Source: Candidatus Heimdallarchaeota archaeon (GTDB lineage: Archaea; Asgardarchaeota; Heimdallarchaeia; Heimdallarchaeales; Heimdallarchaeaceae). From it: 64,000 nt of DNA. Positions within the stretch are counted from its first letter, which is position 1. The number at the start of each line of letters is the position of its first letter. The stretch lies in the NCBI GenBank assembly GCA_030603365.1, contig JAUVXV010000008.1:64001-128000 (forward strand). Direction: 5' to 3'. A program made the translations under genes and the position numbers. The notes under the pieces are model-generated. The model was not told the origin of the DNA. It ran no database searches and was given only the letters and a program-made list of their open reading frames with translations. Positions 36,577 to 46,527 of this stretch are shown piece after piece.

Positions 36577-37836
36577 TCAGTTATATTCCTTCAGAAGTTC
36601 TTTTGCTCTGTCAACAGAAATCTTGTTGTCTGCTATCATTCTTTCAGCAACTCTATCAATTTGGTCTTCTATTGCTCCGGCAATTATAGCTATATTTCTT
36701 GCATGTAGAGACATATGTCCAGCTTGAATTCCTTCAGATACAAGAGCTCTAAGCGCTGCTAAATTCTGAGCTAAACCAACAGCTCCTAAAGCTTCTGCAA
36801 ACTCACTTACATTAGTTACTGACATAATTTTGAATGCTAACTGATAGATAGGGTTCACATTAATTGCTCCCCCCAGTATCCCTACAAAGGTTGGAATTTC
36901 TATTGTTCCTACTAAATCACCAACTGAATTCTTTTCAAAGTTAGTTAGGGGTTTATACGTACCATTTCTTGTAGCAAAAGCATGAGCTCCTGCTTCAACT
37001 GCCCTAGTATCATTGCCTGTAGCAAGCAGAACAGCTGAAATGCCATTCATAATGCCTTTGTTGTGAGTCGTACATCTATAGATATCATTGTTTGCAAAAT
37101 CATAAGCTAGAAGTATTTTATCGACAACTTCTTCCCCACCCAACATCTTTTTGTCAAAAACAGCTGATGCTTTAACTGTCCTTTTTACGGCATAATTTGA
37201 TATAATTTTCATTAACACTGATCCTTGAGTTAATTCTTCAATCTTAGCATGAAGTTTCTCTAGCATTGTATTAACTGTATTTGCTCCTTGTACATCTTTT
37301 ACATCAACTATCAGATGAATAATGAGATAATTTTCTAAATCTCCTTTGATTTCTCTTACTTCAATATCTCTTGCTCCACCACCAAGATTAACTAAAACTT
37401 TGTTAGTAGAATTTGCTAGTGAAAGAAGTTCATGTTTTTCTGAAAGGATTCGTTTAGAAGCTTCATCAAAATTTGAAACGTTTAAAACTTGCATTTGTCC
37501 AATAGCAAGAGAACCTGAATATTCAGCAGTAAAACCACCTTTAACTCTAGCAATTTTTGCAGAATTACTGGCGGCAGCTACTATGGAAGACTCTTCTACA
37601 GCCATAGGAATAAGATAGTCTCTTCCATTAACCTTGAAATTTGTAGCTATTCCTAATGGAAGTGAAACTCTCCCTACAACGTTCTCTATCATATACCCCA
37701 GAGTTTCATCAGAGATTCCTTCTCCTTGAAGAATCCTGAGTTCATTATCAGTGAGATCTAGCAATGAAACTAGTAAGGATTTTCTCTCCTCAATTGACAA
37801 ATTATAGAAATTAGCAATTCTAGAGTTTAAAGGCAT
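36577..37836 (-). CDS. mvaA: Class II (bacterial/degradative-type) HMG-CoA reductase
   Basis: ENVVG, PMAVEExS, DVQGAN, THNKGIMNG, GNDTRAVEA and EGIQAGHM motifs; C-terminal flap. Confidence 0.93.
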   Translation of the reverse strand: MPLNSRIANFYNLSIEERKSLLVSLLDLTDNELRILQGEGISDETLGYMIENVVGRVSLPLGIATNFKVNGRDYLIPMAVEESSIVAAASNSAKIARVKGGFTAEYSGSLAIGQMQVLNVSNFDEASKRILSEKHELLSLANSTNKVLVNLGGGARDIEVREIKGDLENYLIIHLIVDVKDVQGANTVNTMLEKLHAKIEELTQGSVLMKIISNYAVKRTVKASAVFDKKMLGGEEVVDKILLAYDFANNDIYRCTTHNKGIMNGISAVLLATGNDTRAVEAGAHAFATRNGTYKPLTNFEKNSVGDLVGTIEIPTFVGILGGAINVNPIYQLAFKIMSVTNVSEFAEALGAVGLAQNLAALRALVSEGIQAGHMSLHARNIAIIAGAIEDQIDRVAERMIADNKISVDRAKELLKEYN

Positions 37837-37883
37837 AAGTATAAAATAAAGAAGGGGTTAAAAAAGATTTATTCTCAAAAGAA

Positions 37884-38102
37884 TTAGAGTTCTTCAAGAA
37901 CCTGTATTGTTTGATCTTTAAATTGTCTCATAATTCGAGTAACATAACCTGCTATTAGATTTCTCATCTTTTTAGACATTACAGAGCATACTTCTTCTAC
38001 AACATGCTTATTATTTTCGAATTCTGTGTTTAATTGATTATGGAAATCTCTTACTATTTGTTTAGATAATCGTTTAACTTGGCTTGTTCGTATATTACCC
38101 AT
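37884..38102 (-). CDS. rps17e: 30S ribosomal protein S17e
   Basis: MGNIRTxxVKR...FENNK...SKKMRNLIAGYVT. Confidence 0.96.
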   Translation of the reverse strand: MGNIRTSQVKRLSKQIVRDFHNQLNTEFENNKHVVEEVCSVMSKKMRNLIAGYVTRIMRQFKDQTIQVLEEL

Positions 38103-38173
38103 TTGACCACTAACTGGTGCAGTTTACAATTTATTTTAAATCTTGCTATCCAAGGCTTATTAGAAAAAGTAAT

Positions 38174-38893
38174 TTAGAAGTAGAATTGTTCAGTTGGATA
38201 GACTTCTATACCATTAGAAGTAATAGCAAAAGGTCTTTCAGACATTTCGTGCTTCAATCCTCTCATTTTTCTAATGTTCAAACTTCTTATAGCAACATTA
38301 TTTCGATATTCGTAATTTAAAACAATTACACCTTGACTCATAAATTCCTCTACACCAAATCTACTTACAATACCACTCCTCATTTCGCTAGTTAGTATAG
38401 TAGTACACTCTAGTGAGGACATAACAGCACTTAGTTTTAGTATTTGTTTTCTAATAAGTTGCTCTGTTGGCATTGATAGTGCTAGAGCAGTGATACTATC
38501 AATAACTACTCTTTCTGCCGCAGTTCTATCAATGACATCTACGAGTTGTGTAATTAATTCATCTACATCTACAGCTGTTTGGTATTTCTCTTCAGAACTA
38601 ACTCCTGCTCTTGGACTAAAACCGTCTATCAAAACAAGCAAGTTATCCTTTTCAATATCATTGAGATTCCACCCAAAGTTCAGAGTTTCTTCTCTTACAT
38701 GAGTTGGATGTTCATCAAAAGAAACAAAAATCCCACTTTCACCACCAGAAACAATGCCATGATAAAGAAATTGCATCCCAAAGGTTGATTTCCCTGCACC
38801 TGCTGGTCCAGAAACAAGAATTGTTCTTCCTTTTGGAATACCTCCTCCAAGGATTCCATCAAGTCCAATAATACCAGTTTCGATTAATTCCAT
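38174..38893 (-). CDS. KaiC-like (RAD55) single-domain ATPase
   Basis: TGIIGLDGILGGGIP, GPAGAGKS, VVIDS and IRKMRG motifs. Start reassigned to ATG 38893. Confidence 0.92.
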   Translation of the reverse strand: MELIETGIIGLDGILGGGIPKGRTILVSGPAGAGKSTFGMQFLYHGIVSGGESGIFVSFDEHPTHVREETLNFGWNLNDIEKDNLLVLIDGFSPRAGVSSEEKYQTAVDVDELITQLVDVIDRTAAERVVIDSITALALSMPTEQLIRKQILKLSAVMSSLECTTILTSEMRSGIVSRFGVEEFMSQGVIVLNYEYRNNVAIRSLNIRKMRGLKHEMSERPFAITSNGIEVYPTEQFYF

Positions 38894-38946
38894 ATGTTCT
38901 CTTTGACGTTTACAATAAAAAGAATTTCGGAAGAGTAAGAGCCATT

Positions 38947-40752
38947 TTAAGGTTCTTCCACTTTTCTTAATTCCCAACCACCAGGTGATCTAAACATCAT
39001 AGTAGGTTCGGAGAGACTGTCAATGTGAAGAATAAGTTCAACATCATGTTCTTTTCGAAAATGTGAGGAAGCTTGAGTAATCTTAAATTTTCCATTGATT
39101 AGATGTATAGTATTTCCTAAAGTAGAATTATCCGTAAATTCACTATTTTCATCAATTATACCGATACGTGCCATCATACCCCAGTTCATTACTTTGATAA
39201 TGGGTGTTAACTTATTCTTAGTTCTCATTTGTCCAATACCGATACAGTAGAGTGCTGATTTTAGATCAACAGGTAAGGAGGCTAAATCTACAAAAGTTGA
39301 AGTTTTGTATTCATCTAAATCTTTTGGACGATGTTTTACTTGTAGTTCAACTTTATAACTAGATTTGATTTCAGGAAATTTTTTCACGAGTAATTCATAT
39401 AGAGATTGAATCTTTGGTTTTACTTCAATATATCCTGAAAAATATAACCAGCTTAAGTATTCTAAACTAGCTATACATAGCCCCCTATTCTTAGAATTGA
39501 GGGAGAGATAGAAGGTTTGTTCAAACATTAATGAGGCTTTGCTGAGTTCTGCTAATTGAAGAAATTTGAATCCTAGTTGGTTAATGAATTCGATATTATC
39601 AAAATCAAGATCCTTAGCTTTTTCAACAGCAGAATTTCCTCCTAATACAACTGTAAGAAGAATTAACGCTCTTATTACATTTACAACATCTGCTCTTTGA
39701 TATTGGTTACACTCGTCTTCAAAAGCTGGAGTAAAGTAAGAGTTTAATCTTTGAATTTGCCCAGATAGAAGCAAAATTATCATTCTGAGAAAATGGACAT
39801 CTAAACCATATTCTTCAGATGCTTTACTACTTTGTAAGAGAATCATCAGTAGTTTATCCATGTATACTCTTGCAAGATCAACTTTCTTGTTTTCAACTAG
39901 ACAAATACAGGCCAAATATTGTAATCTTCCCAACAGAAGTAGAGATTCATTATAGATAACATGATCTTCAATTTTATCCACTGCCAGTTTCCATTCTATT
40001 AAATTATCTGTAATTTCACGAACTCTTGAAAGTAATTCTTGTTCAAGTTCTTTGTATTGTCCCTGATTAAAATCTTCATCTAATCTTTGAAAATCAATTT
40101 GAATTTCTGTTAAAAGCTCTTTAAGCTGAAGAGATTCTATTGAGAAGCCATCAGTTTCTTCCAAATCTGATTTAGCAATTTGTGATAATTTCTCTTCATA
40201 TTCAGTTCTTATAACTGATATAGCAGAATCAATGATTTTCCTGATACGTTTTACAGGATCATACCTGTTAGTACTTTCAACTGAATATCTGATTTCAGCT
40301 GTCATAAGTTGGTTCTCTAATTCTTTAAGGTATGATTCAGAAGAGAGATCGTTATTTTCTTCAAGAATCATTTTCAAAAATGCGCTATTTGTCAGAGTAG
40401 CCATTCCTATTAATTCAGCAGTTTCTAGAAGCTTTAAATCACTACTTACAACAGTTGCACTTAATTTCTCCGCTACATAGATGACAGATAAGTCAGGTTT
40501 CTGTGGTAAATTAGTTGTAATATTGTAAATTTTAGTGATGAATTTCTGAAATTTGTTATGGTCAACAGATTCTTCCTTGACATGAGGAGTTATTTCTCTT
40601 AATAAGAAAAACCTCATCTCATTTTTTATCAGAGAGGGCAGAAAAATCTCAATTTTCTGTTCTTTGAATATTTTGGCAAACTTTGAGAATTTGTTAGGTT
40701 GAGATTGAAAACCACTAATATAGAAGTTGGTATCGATAACGAAACGTGACAT
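38947..40752 (-). CDS. PIN-domain protein with a long helical (TPR-like) extension
   Basis: N-terminal FVIDTN...E...PDLS..VA...VVSSD PIN acidic set, followed by about 450 aa of mostly helical sequence. Confidence 0.7.
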   Translation of the reverse strand: MSRFVIDTNFYISGFQSQPNKFSKFAKIFKEQKIEIFLPSLIKNEMRFFLLREITPHVKEESVDHNKFQKFITKIYNITTNLPQKPDLSVIYVAEKLSATVVSSDLKLLETAELIGMATLTNSAFLKMILEENNDLSSESYLKELENQLMTAEIRYSVESTNRYDPVKRIRKIIDSAISVIRTEYEEKLSQIAKSDLEETDGFSIESLQLKELLTEIQIDFQRLDEDFNQGQYKELEQELLSRVREITDNLIEWKLAVDKIEDHVIYNESLLLLGRLQYLACICLVENKKVDLARVYMDKLLMILLQSSKASEEYGLDVHFLRMIILLLSGQIQRLNSYFTPAFEDECNQYQRADVVNVIRALILLTVVLGGNSAVEKAKDLDFDNIEFINQLGFKFLQLAELSKASLMFEQTFYLSLNSKNRGLCIASLEYLSWLYFSGYIEVKPKIQSLYELLVKKFPEIKSSYKVELQVKHRPKDLDEYKTSTFVDLASLPVDLKSALYCIGIGQMRTKNKLTPIIKVMNWGMMARIGIIDENSEFTDNSTLGNTIHLINGKFKITQASSHFRKEHDVELILHIDSLSEPTMMFRSPGGWELRKVEEP

Positions 40753-40800
40753 TAAACAAAATTAAGTAAAGGGCTATTTTTATCTTTTCATCAATAGTTA

Positions 40801-41724
40801 TTAAATTTCAATGTGATTGTACAGCTCTTTTAAGCCGTCTTCAAATTGAATAGTAGGTTTGAAATCTAATATCCTTATTACTTTCTCAGTTGAACAATAA
40901 CTTTCTTTGATATCACCAATTCTTGCTTCTACATAAACTGGCTTCAGGTCTTTTCCGCTTATTTCAATAACTAATTTCGCTAATTCTTCAACAGAAACAG
41001 CTTTACCAGAACCTATATTGAAAACACGATTCTCTCCTGTATCCTTCTCTAAAGCAAGCTTAACTGCAAGAGCTAAATCTTTTACATGAATAAAATCTCT
41101 AGTTTGTTTCCCATCTCCTTCAATCCTTGGAGGTAAATTTTGCTTTACTGCTGATATGAATTTGGATAAAACACCTGCATAAGGATCGTCTTCTTTCAGT
41201 AATGGGCTATAAATATTGAAAGGGATTAAAACAATAGAATTTAATGCAAATAGCTCAGAATACAGTAAAACATATTTTTCACCGACATATTTACTTAATC
41301 CATAAGGGGAGATTGGATTGCGTGGATGTTCCTCAGTAATTGGTAGAAAATGTGGTTGACCAAATACTGCAGCTGAACTCAAATAAATAAATTTCTTGAT
41401 ATTGTTTTTCCTAGCAAATTCCAACACCTTTAGGGTTCCCAAGATATTATTTTGAGCATCAAAAACTGGTTCATTTACTGATTGATTAATACTAATCTGT
41501 GCTGCACAGTGAATAATATAATCTATTGCAGGAAGTTTAGCAAAAATTTCATCATCCAAAATGTTCCCTTTTAAGAAAAACGCATCATCGGGTGGGTTGT
41601 ATTTTGCTTCACTTTCATTATCTAAGATACAAATTTGGTAACTATTTTTTAGTATAGAGTAAAGAAAATGACCAATTTGCCCCAATCCACCAGTGATAAG
41701 AATGGTTTGTTGTTTTAAACTCAT
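40801..41724 (-). CDS. NAD-dependent NDP-sugar epimerase/dehydratase (GalE-like)
   Basis: ITGGLGQIG, SSAAVFG, PYGLSK and GDGKQTRDFIHV motifs. Confidence 0.92.
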   Translation of the reverse strand: MSLKQQTILITGGLGQIGHFLYSILKNSYQICILDNESEAKYNPPDDAFFLKGNILDDEIFAKLPAIDYIIHCAAQISINQSVNEPVFDAQNNILGTLKVLEFARKNNIKKFIYLSSAAVFGQPHFLPITEEHPRNPISPYGLSKYVGEKYVLLYSELFALNSIVLIPFNIYSPLLKEDDPYAGVLSKFISAVKQNLPPRIEGDGKQTRDFIHVKDLALAVKLALEKDTGENRVFNIGSGKAVSVEELAKLVIEISGKDLKPVYVEARIGDIKESYCSTEKVIRILDFKPTIQFEDGLKELYNHIEI

Positions 41725-41821
41725 ATAAAGTAAAGAGGGTAAAACTTTTTAAAAGCATAACGTTCCTTTGCTCAATTAGTTCAATATATTTATTTTACTA
41801 GTAATAAGTAAGGGTGAATGA

Positions 41822-42904
41822 ATGTCAAAAAAAGTACGGATTGCAATTGCAGGATTAGGCAATTGTGCATCGTCTCTAGTTCAAGGACTGGAGTATTATA
41901 AAGATGCAGATGAGAATGATTATGTTCCAGGATTAATGCATGTCAGATTTGGTGATTACCATTTATCAGATGTTGAAATTGCAACAGTATTTGAGGTAAA
42001 TACTAAAAAGATTGGAAAAGACATTTCTGAGGCAATTTGGCAAGAACCTAATTGCTGTAAGAAATTCTCAAATGTTCCTCACAAAGGTATAGAAATTCTT
42101 CCTGGTCCAATTAATGATGGTGTTGCACCTCATATGAAAGAATCTTTTCATTGTTATGATGAAACCCAAGTAAAAGCAGTGAATGTAGCTGATGTTCTAA
42201 AAGAAAAGGATGTAGATGTTCTGATTAATTTCCTTCCAGTGGGTAGCGAAGAGGCATCTAAAACATATGCTCAAGCAGCTTTGGATACTAATGTTGCATT
42301 TGCTAATGGTATACCAGCTTTTATTGCTTCAAATGAAGAATGGGGAAAGAAATTTTCTGATAAAAATGTACCGATCGCAGGTGATGACATAAAATCTCAA
42401 CTCGGGGCAACTATACTACACAGAATGTTAGTAGCATTAGCTCATGATAGAGGAATAAAAATGGATGAAACCTTCCAATTGAATATTGGTGGTAACACAG
42501 ACTTCGAGAATATGAAGAAGGAATACAGATTAACCACTAAGAGAGTTTCTAAAACAGAAGCAGTAACCAGCATGATACCTTATGAGGTACCTACAAGAAT
42601 CGGTCCTTCTGATTATGTGCCATTTCTAAAAGACGAAAAAATATGTTATCTTTGGTTAAAAGGAAAGAATTTTGGAGAACAACCTCTAACAGTTCAACTC
42701 AAATTATCAGTTCAAGATTCTCCAAATAGTGCAGGCGTAATGATAGACGTGGTTAGATCCTTGAAAATCGCTCAAGATAGAAAGATAGGTGGTCCCCTAA
42801 TTGGTGTTTCCAGCTATTTCTTCAAGCACCCACCAAAACAAATTCATGACTCTGAGGCTAAAGAACTAGTAGAGAAATTCATTAGAGGAGAGATAACTAA
42901 CTAG
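41822..42904 (+). CDS. ino1: myo-inositol-1(3)-phosphate synthase
   Basis: GLGNCASSLVQG, GDDIKSQ, GGNTDF, KRVSK, DEK, DSPNSAG and FKHPP motifs. Confidence 0.95.
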   Translation: MSKKVRIAIAGLGNCASSLVQGLEYYKDADENDYVPGLMHVRFGDYHLSDVEIATVFEVNTKKIGKDISEAIWQEPNCCKKFSNVPHKGIEILPGPINDGVAPHMKESFHCYDETQVKAVNVADVLKEKDVDVLINFLPVGSEEASKTYAQAALDTNVAFANGIPAFIASNEEWGKKFSDKNVPIAGDDIKSQLGATILHRMLVALAHDRGIKMDETFQLNIGGNTDFENMKKEYRLTTKRVSKTEAVTSMIPYEVPTRIGPSDYVPFLKDEKICYLWLKGKNFGEQPLTVQLKLSVQDSPNSAGVMIDVVRSLKIAQDRKIGGPLIGVSSYFFKHPPKQIHDSEAKELVEKFIRGEITN

Positions 42905-43984
42905 GTGATGAAAATGAAAGAAGATATTATTAAAATAGCAATAGCAGGTGTTGGAAACATCGCTTCTGGGTTACTTCAAGGAATCACCTATATGAAAACC
43001 TATGAAGACCAAAAGAAAAAGCTCCTCCACCCAAAATTAAGCAGTTTTGAGGTAAAAAACATTGAAATTGTTGCAGCTTTTGATGTAGACAAAGAAAAAG
43101 TTGGGCAAGATCTTACAGAAGCTATTTTCACGCCCATAAATAGTACACCTAAATTTGTTGAGTTAGATAAAACAGGTGTGACTGTAGTTAAAGGACCTCT
43201 CAAAGATGGTCTTTCTGGACATTTACTGAAAGTAATAACAGTTTCTGAAAATAAAGAAGAGGATGTAACTCAGATATTGAAAGATACTAGAGCTGAAATT
43301 CTTATTTGTGCTCTTCCTACTGGAGCTGAGGAAGCAGTTAAAACATATGCACAAGCTTCTTTGGATGCTGAAGTCGCATTCGTCAATTGTACACCTACAT
43401 TAATTGCCAGTGATCCATTCTGGGGAAAGAAATTCAAAAAATCAAATGTATGTGTTATAGGTGATGATTTACAATCTTTAGCAGGAGGTACTGTTCTTCA
43501 TAAAGGATTCTTAGATGTGCTTAAAGAGCAAGGAGTCAAAATAAAGGATACTTATCAGTTAGATGTTGCTGGAGGACTTGAAACTCTTAATACATTGGAT
43601 GATGACAGAAAACAGTATAAAAGAGAGGTAAAAGAAAGAACTATACAACAATCTTTTGGAAATGATATTAATTTAGCAAGTGGGACTTCAGATTATCTAG
43701 AATTTCTTGGTAATCGAAGAATAGGTCACTTTTGGATACTAGGAGAAGGTTTTATGGGTATGCCAATAAAAATCGATATAAGATTAGAAACCTTAGATGG
43801 ACCCAATGCTGCAGGAACATTAGTTGATGTAATTCGTGCAACTAAAGTAGCAATAAACAGAGCAGGAAGCGGTCCTATCAGTTCAATCTGTGCATACGGA
43901 TTCAAAGCTCCTCCTGTTACAACATCTAGACATACCGCTCATGAATGGTTCAATGAATATATTGAAGGAATCAGAACTGAATAG
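42905..43984 (+). CDS. Divergent second inositol-phosphate synthase paralog (likely start ATG 42914)
   Basis: Full-length similarity to the upstream gene (GVGNIAS, LPTGA, GDD, DGPNAAG, FKAPP) with substituted active-site motifs. Confidence 0.85.
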   Translation: MMKMKEDIIKIAIAGVGNIASGLLQGITYMKTYEDQKKKLLHPKLSSFEVKNIEIVAAFDVDKEKVGQDLTEAIFTPINSTPKFVELDKTGVTVVKGPLKDGLSGHLLKVITVSENKEEDVTQILKDTRAEILICALPTGAEEAVKTYAQASLDAEVAFVNCTPTLIASDPFWGKKFKKSNVCVIGDDLQSLAGGTVLHKGFLDVLKEQGVKIKDTYQLDVAGGLETLNTLDDDRKQYKREVKERTIQQSFGNDINLASGTSDYLEFLGNRRIGHFWILGEGFMGMPIKIDIRLETLDGPNAAGTLVDVIRATKVAINRAGSGPISSICAYGFKAPPVTTSRHTAHEWFNEYIEGIRTE

Positions 43985-43996
43985 TTCTTTCTCTCT

Positions 43997-44971
43997 TTAT
44001 TTTATGAGTAGCATTGATGTGATGTTAATCAGTTTATCTCTAGCTGAACTCGGAGGAAATTCTTCCAAAATGGCTTTTGATTCATCAGCATATTGATTAA
44101 TCAGATTTTTTACAGTATCAATAGCTTGAGAGTCTACTAAAATAGTTGTGATGGTCTCAACAGGATAAGTCATTCGCTCTATATAGTATTCTTCAATTAT
44201 TCGTTTTTCCTTTTTAGGTAAGGTATCTATTGCTTCCAAAACAATGAAAGTTTGAATTCTATTGGTAATATCTGTCAAGACACCAAATTTACTCAAATCA
44301 TTTTGGTTTGAAGTTAACGATAGTAAATCATCTCTTAATTGAAAAGCCCTTCCAAATAAAGTTCCGAACGTTTTCATCTTCTCCAGATCGTTTTTTGTGG
44401 ATTTGCCTAGTATAAAACCGACGACGGAAGCAGTTTCAAAAAGAATTGAAGTTTTTCGATCTATTAGTTGTAATGCTTCTTCCTTTGACATTTTCTTACC
44501 CCCCTCTCTGAATTTTTGTTCTAAGAACAAAGAGGTGGAAAGGACAGAGATCGCTTTAATAATTTCTTCTACAATCTCTAAAACATCTGTTTTTGAAGCT
44601 AAACTGAGAGCTAAACTACTCATTGAGTAAGAAATTGAGAGTGCAGAAAAAGTTGAGAATTTCAAGTAAAATGATTTTTCTTTTCTTCTGAAAATATCTT
44701 TATCAAAAATATCGTCTATAAGGAGTGACGCATTATGTATAATCTCTAGTGCACATGCAGCTGCATAACTTGTATCATTTCTGATTTGATTTGATATCAT
44801 CTCAAAGGATAATAGACAGATTAAGGGCCTAATTCGTTTCCCACCTTTGTGAAGAATTTGATCTATCAAATCATTAATTTCATCGTCATATGGGCTATAA
44901 TCCCTCAAATTATGAAGATAGATGTTTATCTGTTCTACTTCCTCAGTGAGATCAAAGTATGCCTTGCTCAA
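43997..44971 (-). CDS. trans-Polyprenyl diphosphate synthase
   Basis: GGKRIRP, HNASLLIDDIFD (FARM), KT and FQLRDDLL (SARM) motifs. Confidence 0.9.
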   Translation of the reverse strand: MSKAYFDLTEEVEQINIYLHNLRDYSPYDDEINDLIDQILHKGGKRIRPLICLLSFEMISNQIRNDTSYAAACALEIIHNASLLIDDIFDKDIFRRKEKSFYLKFSTFSALSISYSMSSLALSLASKTDVLEIVEEIIKAISVLSTSLFLEQKFREGGKKMSKEEALQLIDRKTSILFETASVVGFILGKSTKNDLEKMKTFGTLFGRAFQLRDDLLSLTSNQNDLSKFGVLTDITNRIQTFIVLEAIDTLPKKEKRIIEEYYIERMTYPVETITTILVDSQAIDTVKNLINQYADESKAILEEFPPSSARDKLINITSMLLIK

Positions 44972-45027
44972 TCAAATCAAGTTAAAACAATCTTAACCAT
45001 AAAAAAAGTTATTGTAAAGTCTTTTTC

Positions 45028-46527
45028 TTAAGAGAGTAGATTTAAGGATATAAGAGAACAATATTCAAGAAATTGTACAAAAAGTATCAGTACTGAAATG
45101 ATGATAACACAAAGCAACAATGTACTAATGATAGTACCTGGCTCTATCCTCTGGACATCTAGTTTTTCCTTCGATTCAACCACAAATAGTAATTTCATAA
45201 TTCTAATAAAATAAATCAAGGAGAACAATAAAACTACTAAAAAGAAAATTGAACTCAAATACATTCTAGGGGTGTAGAAAGAAGCAAAACTATACTTTTT
45301 GGATATGATGAACATACTTATTGGAATGATGAATAGCAGTAAGAAATTGAAGATATTTACTACATATTGAGAGATAGAATTTCGACTAATACTACTCAGT
45401 AGATCTATATCATCTGTTTTGAATCCTTTAGAAATAGAACTGAACAAAGAAATAGAAAATGAAAAAATCAAAACATATGCAAAAACACCATAATTTACAG
45501 TTTTGAGACTTTCAATAAGATTTTCATTTGGAATTGAGATTGAGAATATATCAGATAAAATCAGGAATATTATACCGATATAAAGAAGGCTAAGGTAATA
45601 AAGCAGCTTTTGAAGGCTAGATTGGGTTATCGCACCTAAAACACCCCATAATGAATAGAGTAGTCCAAGTATTGTATAGAACCACAATAAGACAGTTGAT
45701 AATTGGGAAACGGAAATCATACTAGAATACTTAACCAAAAATGCTAGAGCCAATCCTCTTTGAATAATTAATAGTACAAAAGTACTTGCGTTAAATTGCT
45801 TATTTTCCACATCAAAGAACCACGAATGGAATGGAGGGACACCAATTAATATCAACAGAGAGAATATAACAAATATAATACTTAGATATTCCCAAAGATG
45901 CATTGATGTATTTCCTATTGAAAAACTAAATAAATTACCTGAGAATGAATGACAGGCTATCCCTATAAACATCAGAGATAATGACATGCTTGTCATAGCC
46001 AGATAACTAGTGAATACCTTTCTATTTTCAGGAGTAGTTCGATGATTTAAACTTCGCAAGAAAAGATTCAATCCCATAAAAATCAGAATGAATCCAAAAA
46101 GTATGTTAATCCAGGAATTGGAAGCAATTACAAACCATGTAGAACTCTGGATCAGTAATAGTGAGATGAATAGAAGATAACTCTTTTTTGATTCTAAACT
46201 AACCTCAACAATCGAAATAAAACTAGCAATTACAGTTGCAATTCCAATTGTATAATATATTCCCGCAGTAAATGGTGTGATTTGAATATTGAAATAAGGG
46301 TTCCAGATTTCTTCAAATGGTGAATAGATATACCAGAACATAATAAGAGAAATAACACTACAGGTTATTGCAATGTAACCATAAATAATTCTCATTCTTG
46401 ATAGGAAATAAGGATATTTCTGTGTTATTTTGGAAGATAACATCCCAGAAATAATTAAAACAAAAATCCCCAGTAACAGAATTTCTAAAGGAAAGAAAAT
46501 GTAAAGAAATAGTGCTGCATAATGCAT
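45028..46527 (-). CDS. Highly divergent NuoN/MrpD-like antiporter-family membrane subunit
   Basis: About 14 TMs; GVPPFHSW, GxxGAITQSSLQKLLxY remnants; last gene of a J-K-L-N-like order. Confidence 0.65.
   Translation of the reverse strand: MHYAALFLYIFFPLEILLLGIFVLIISGMLSSKITQKYPYFLSRMRIIYGYIAITCSVISLIMFWYIYSPFEEIWNPYFNIQITPFTAGIYYTIGIATVIASFISIVEVSLESKKSYLLFISLLLIQSSTWFVIASNSWINILFGFILIFMGLNLFLRSLNHRTTPENRKVFTSYLAMTSMSLSLMFIGIACHSFSGNLFSFSIGNTSMHLWEYLSIIFVIFSLLILIGVPPFHSWFFDVENKQFNASTFVLLIIQRGLALAFLVKYSSMISVSQLSTVLLWFYTILGLLYSLWGVLGAITQSSLQKLLYYLSLLYIGIIFLILSDIFSISIPNENLIESLKTVNYGVFAYVLIFSFSISLFSSISKGFKTDDIDLLSSISRNSISQYVVNIFNFLLLFIIPISMFIISKKYSFASFYTPRMYLSSIFFLVVLLFSLIYFIRIMKLLFVVESKEKLDVQRIEPGTIISTLLLCVIIISVLILFVQFLEYCSLISLNLLS

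Noticed and set aside
38894-38977. Open frame upstream of the KaiC-like gene overlapping the PIN gene end (possible frameshift fusion)
   Set aside because: No slippery heptamer, a T/A-rich promoter-like stretch lies in the gap, and KaiC similarity starts at MELIETG
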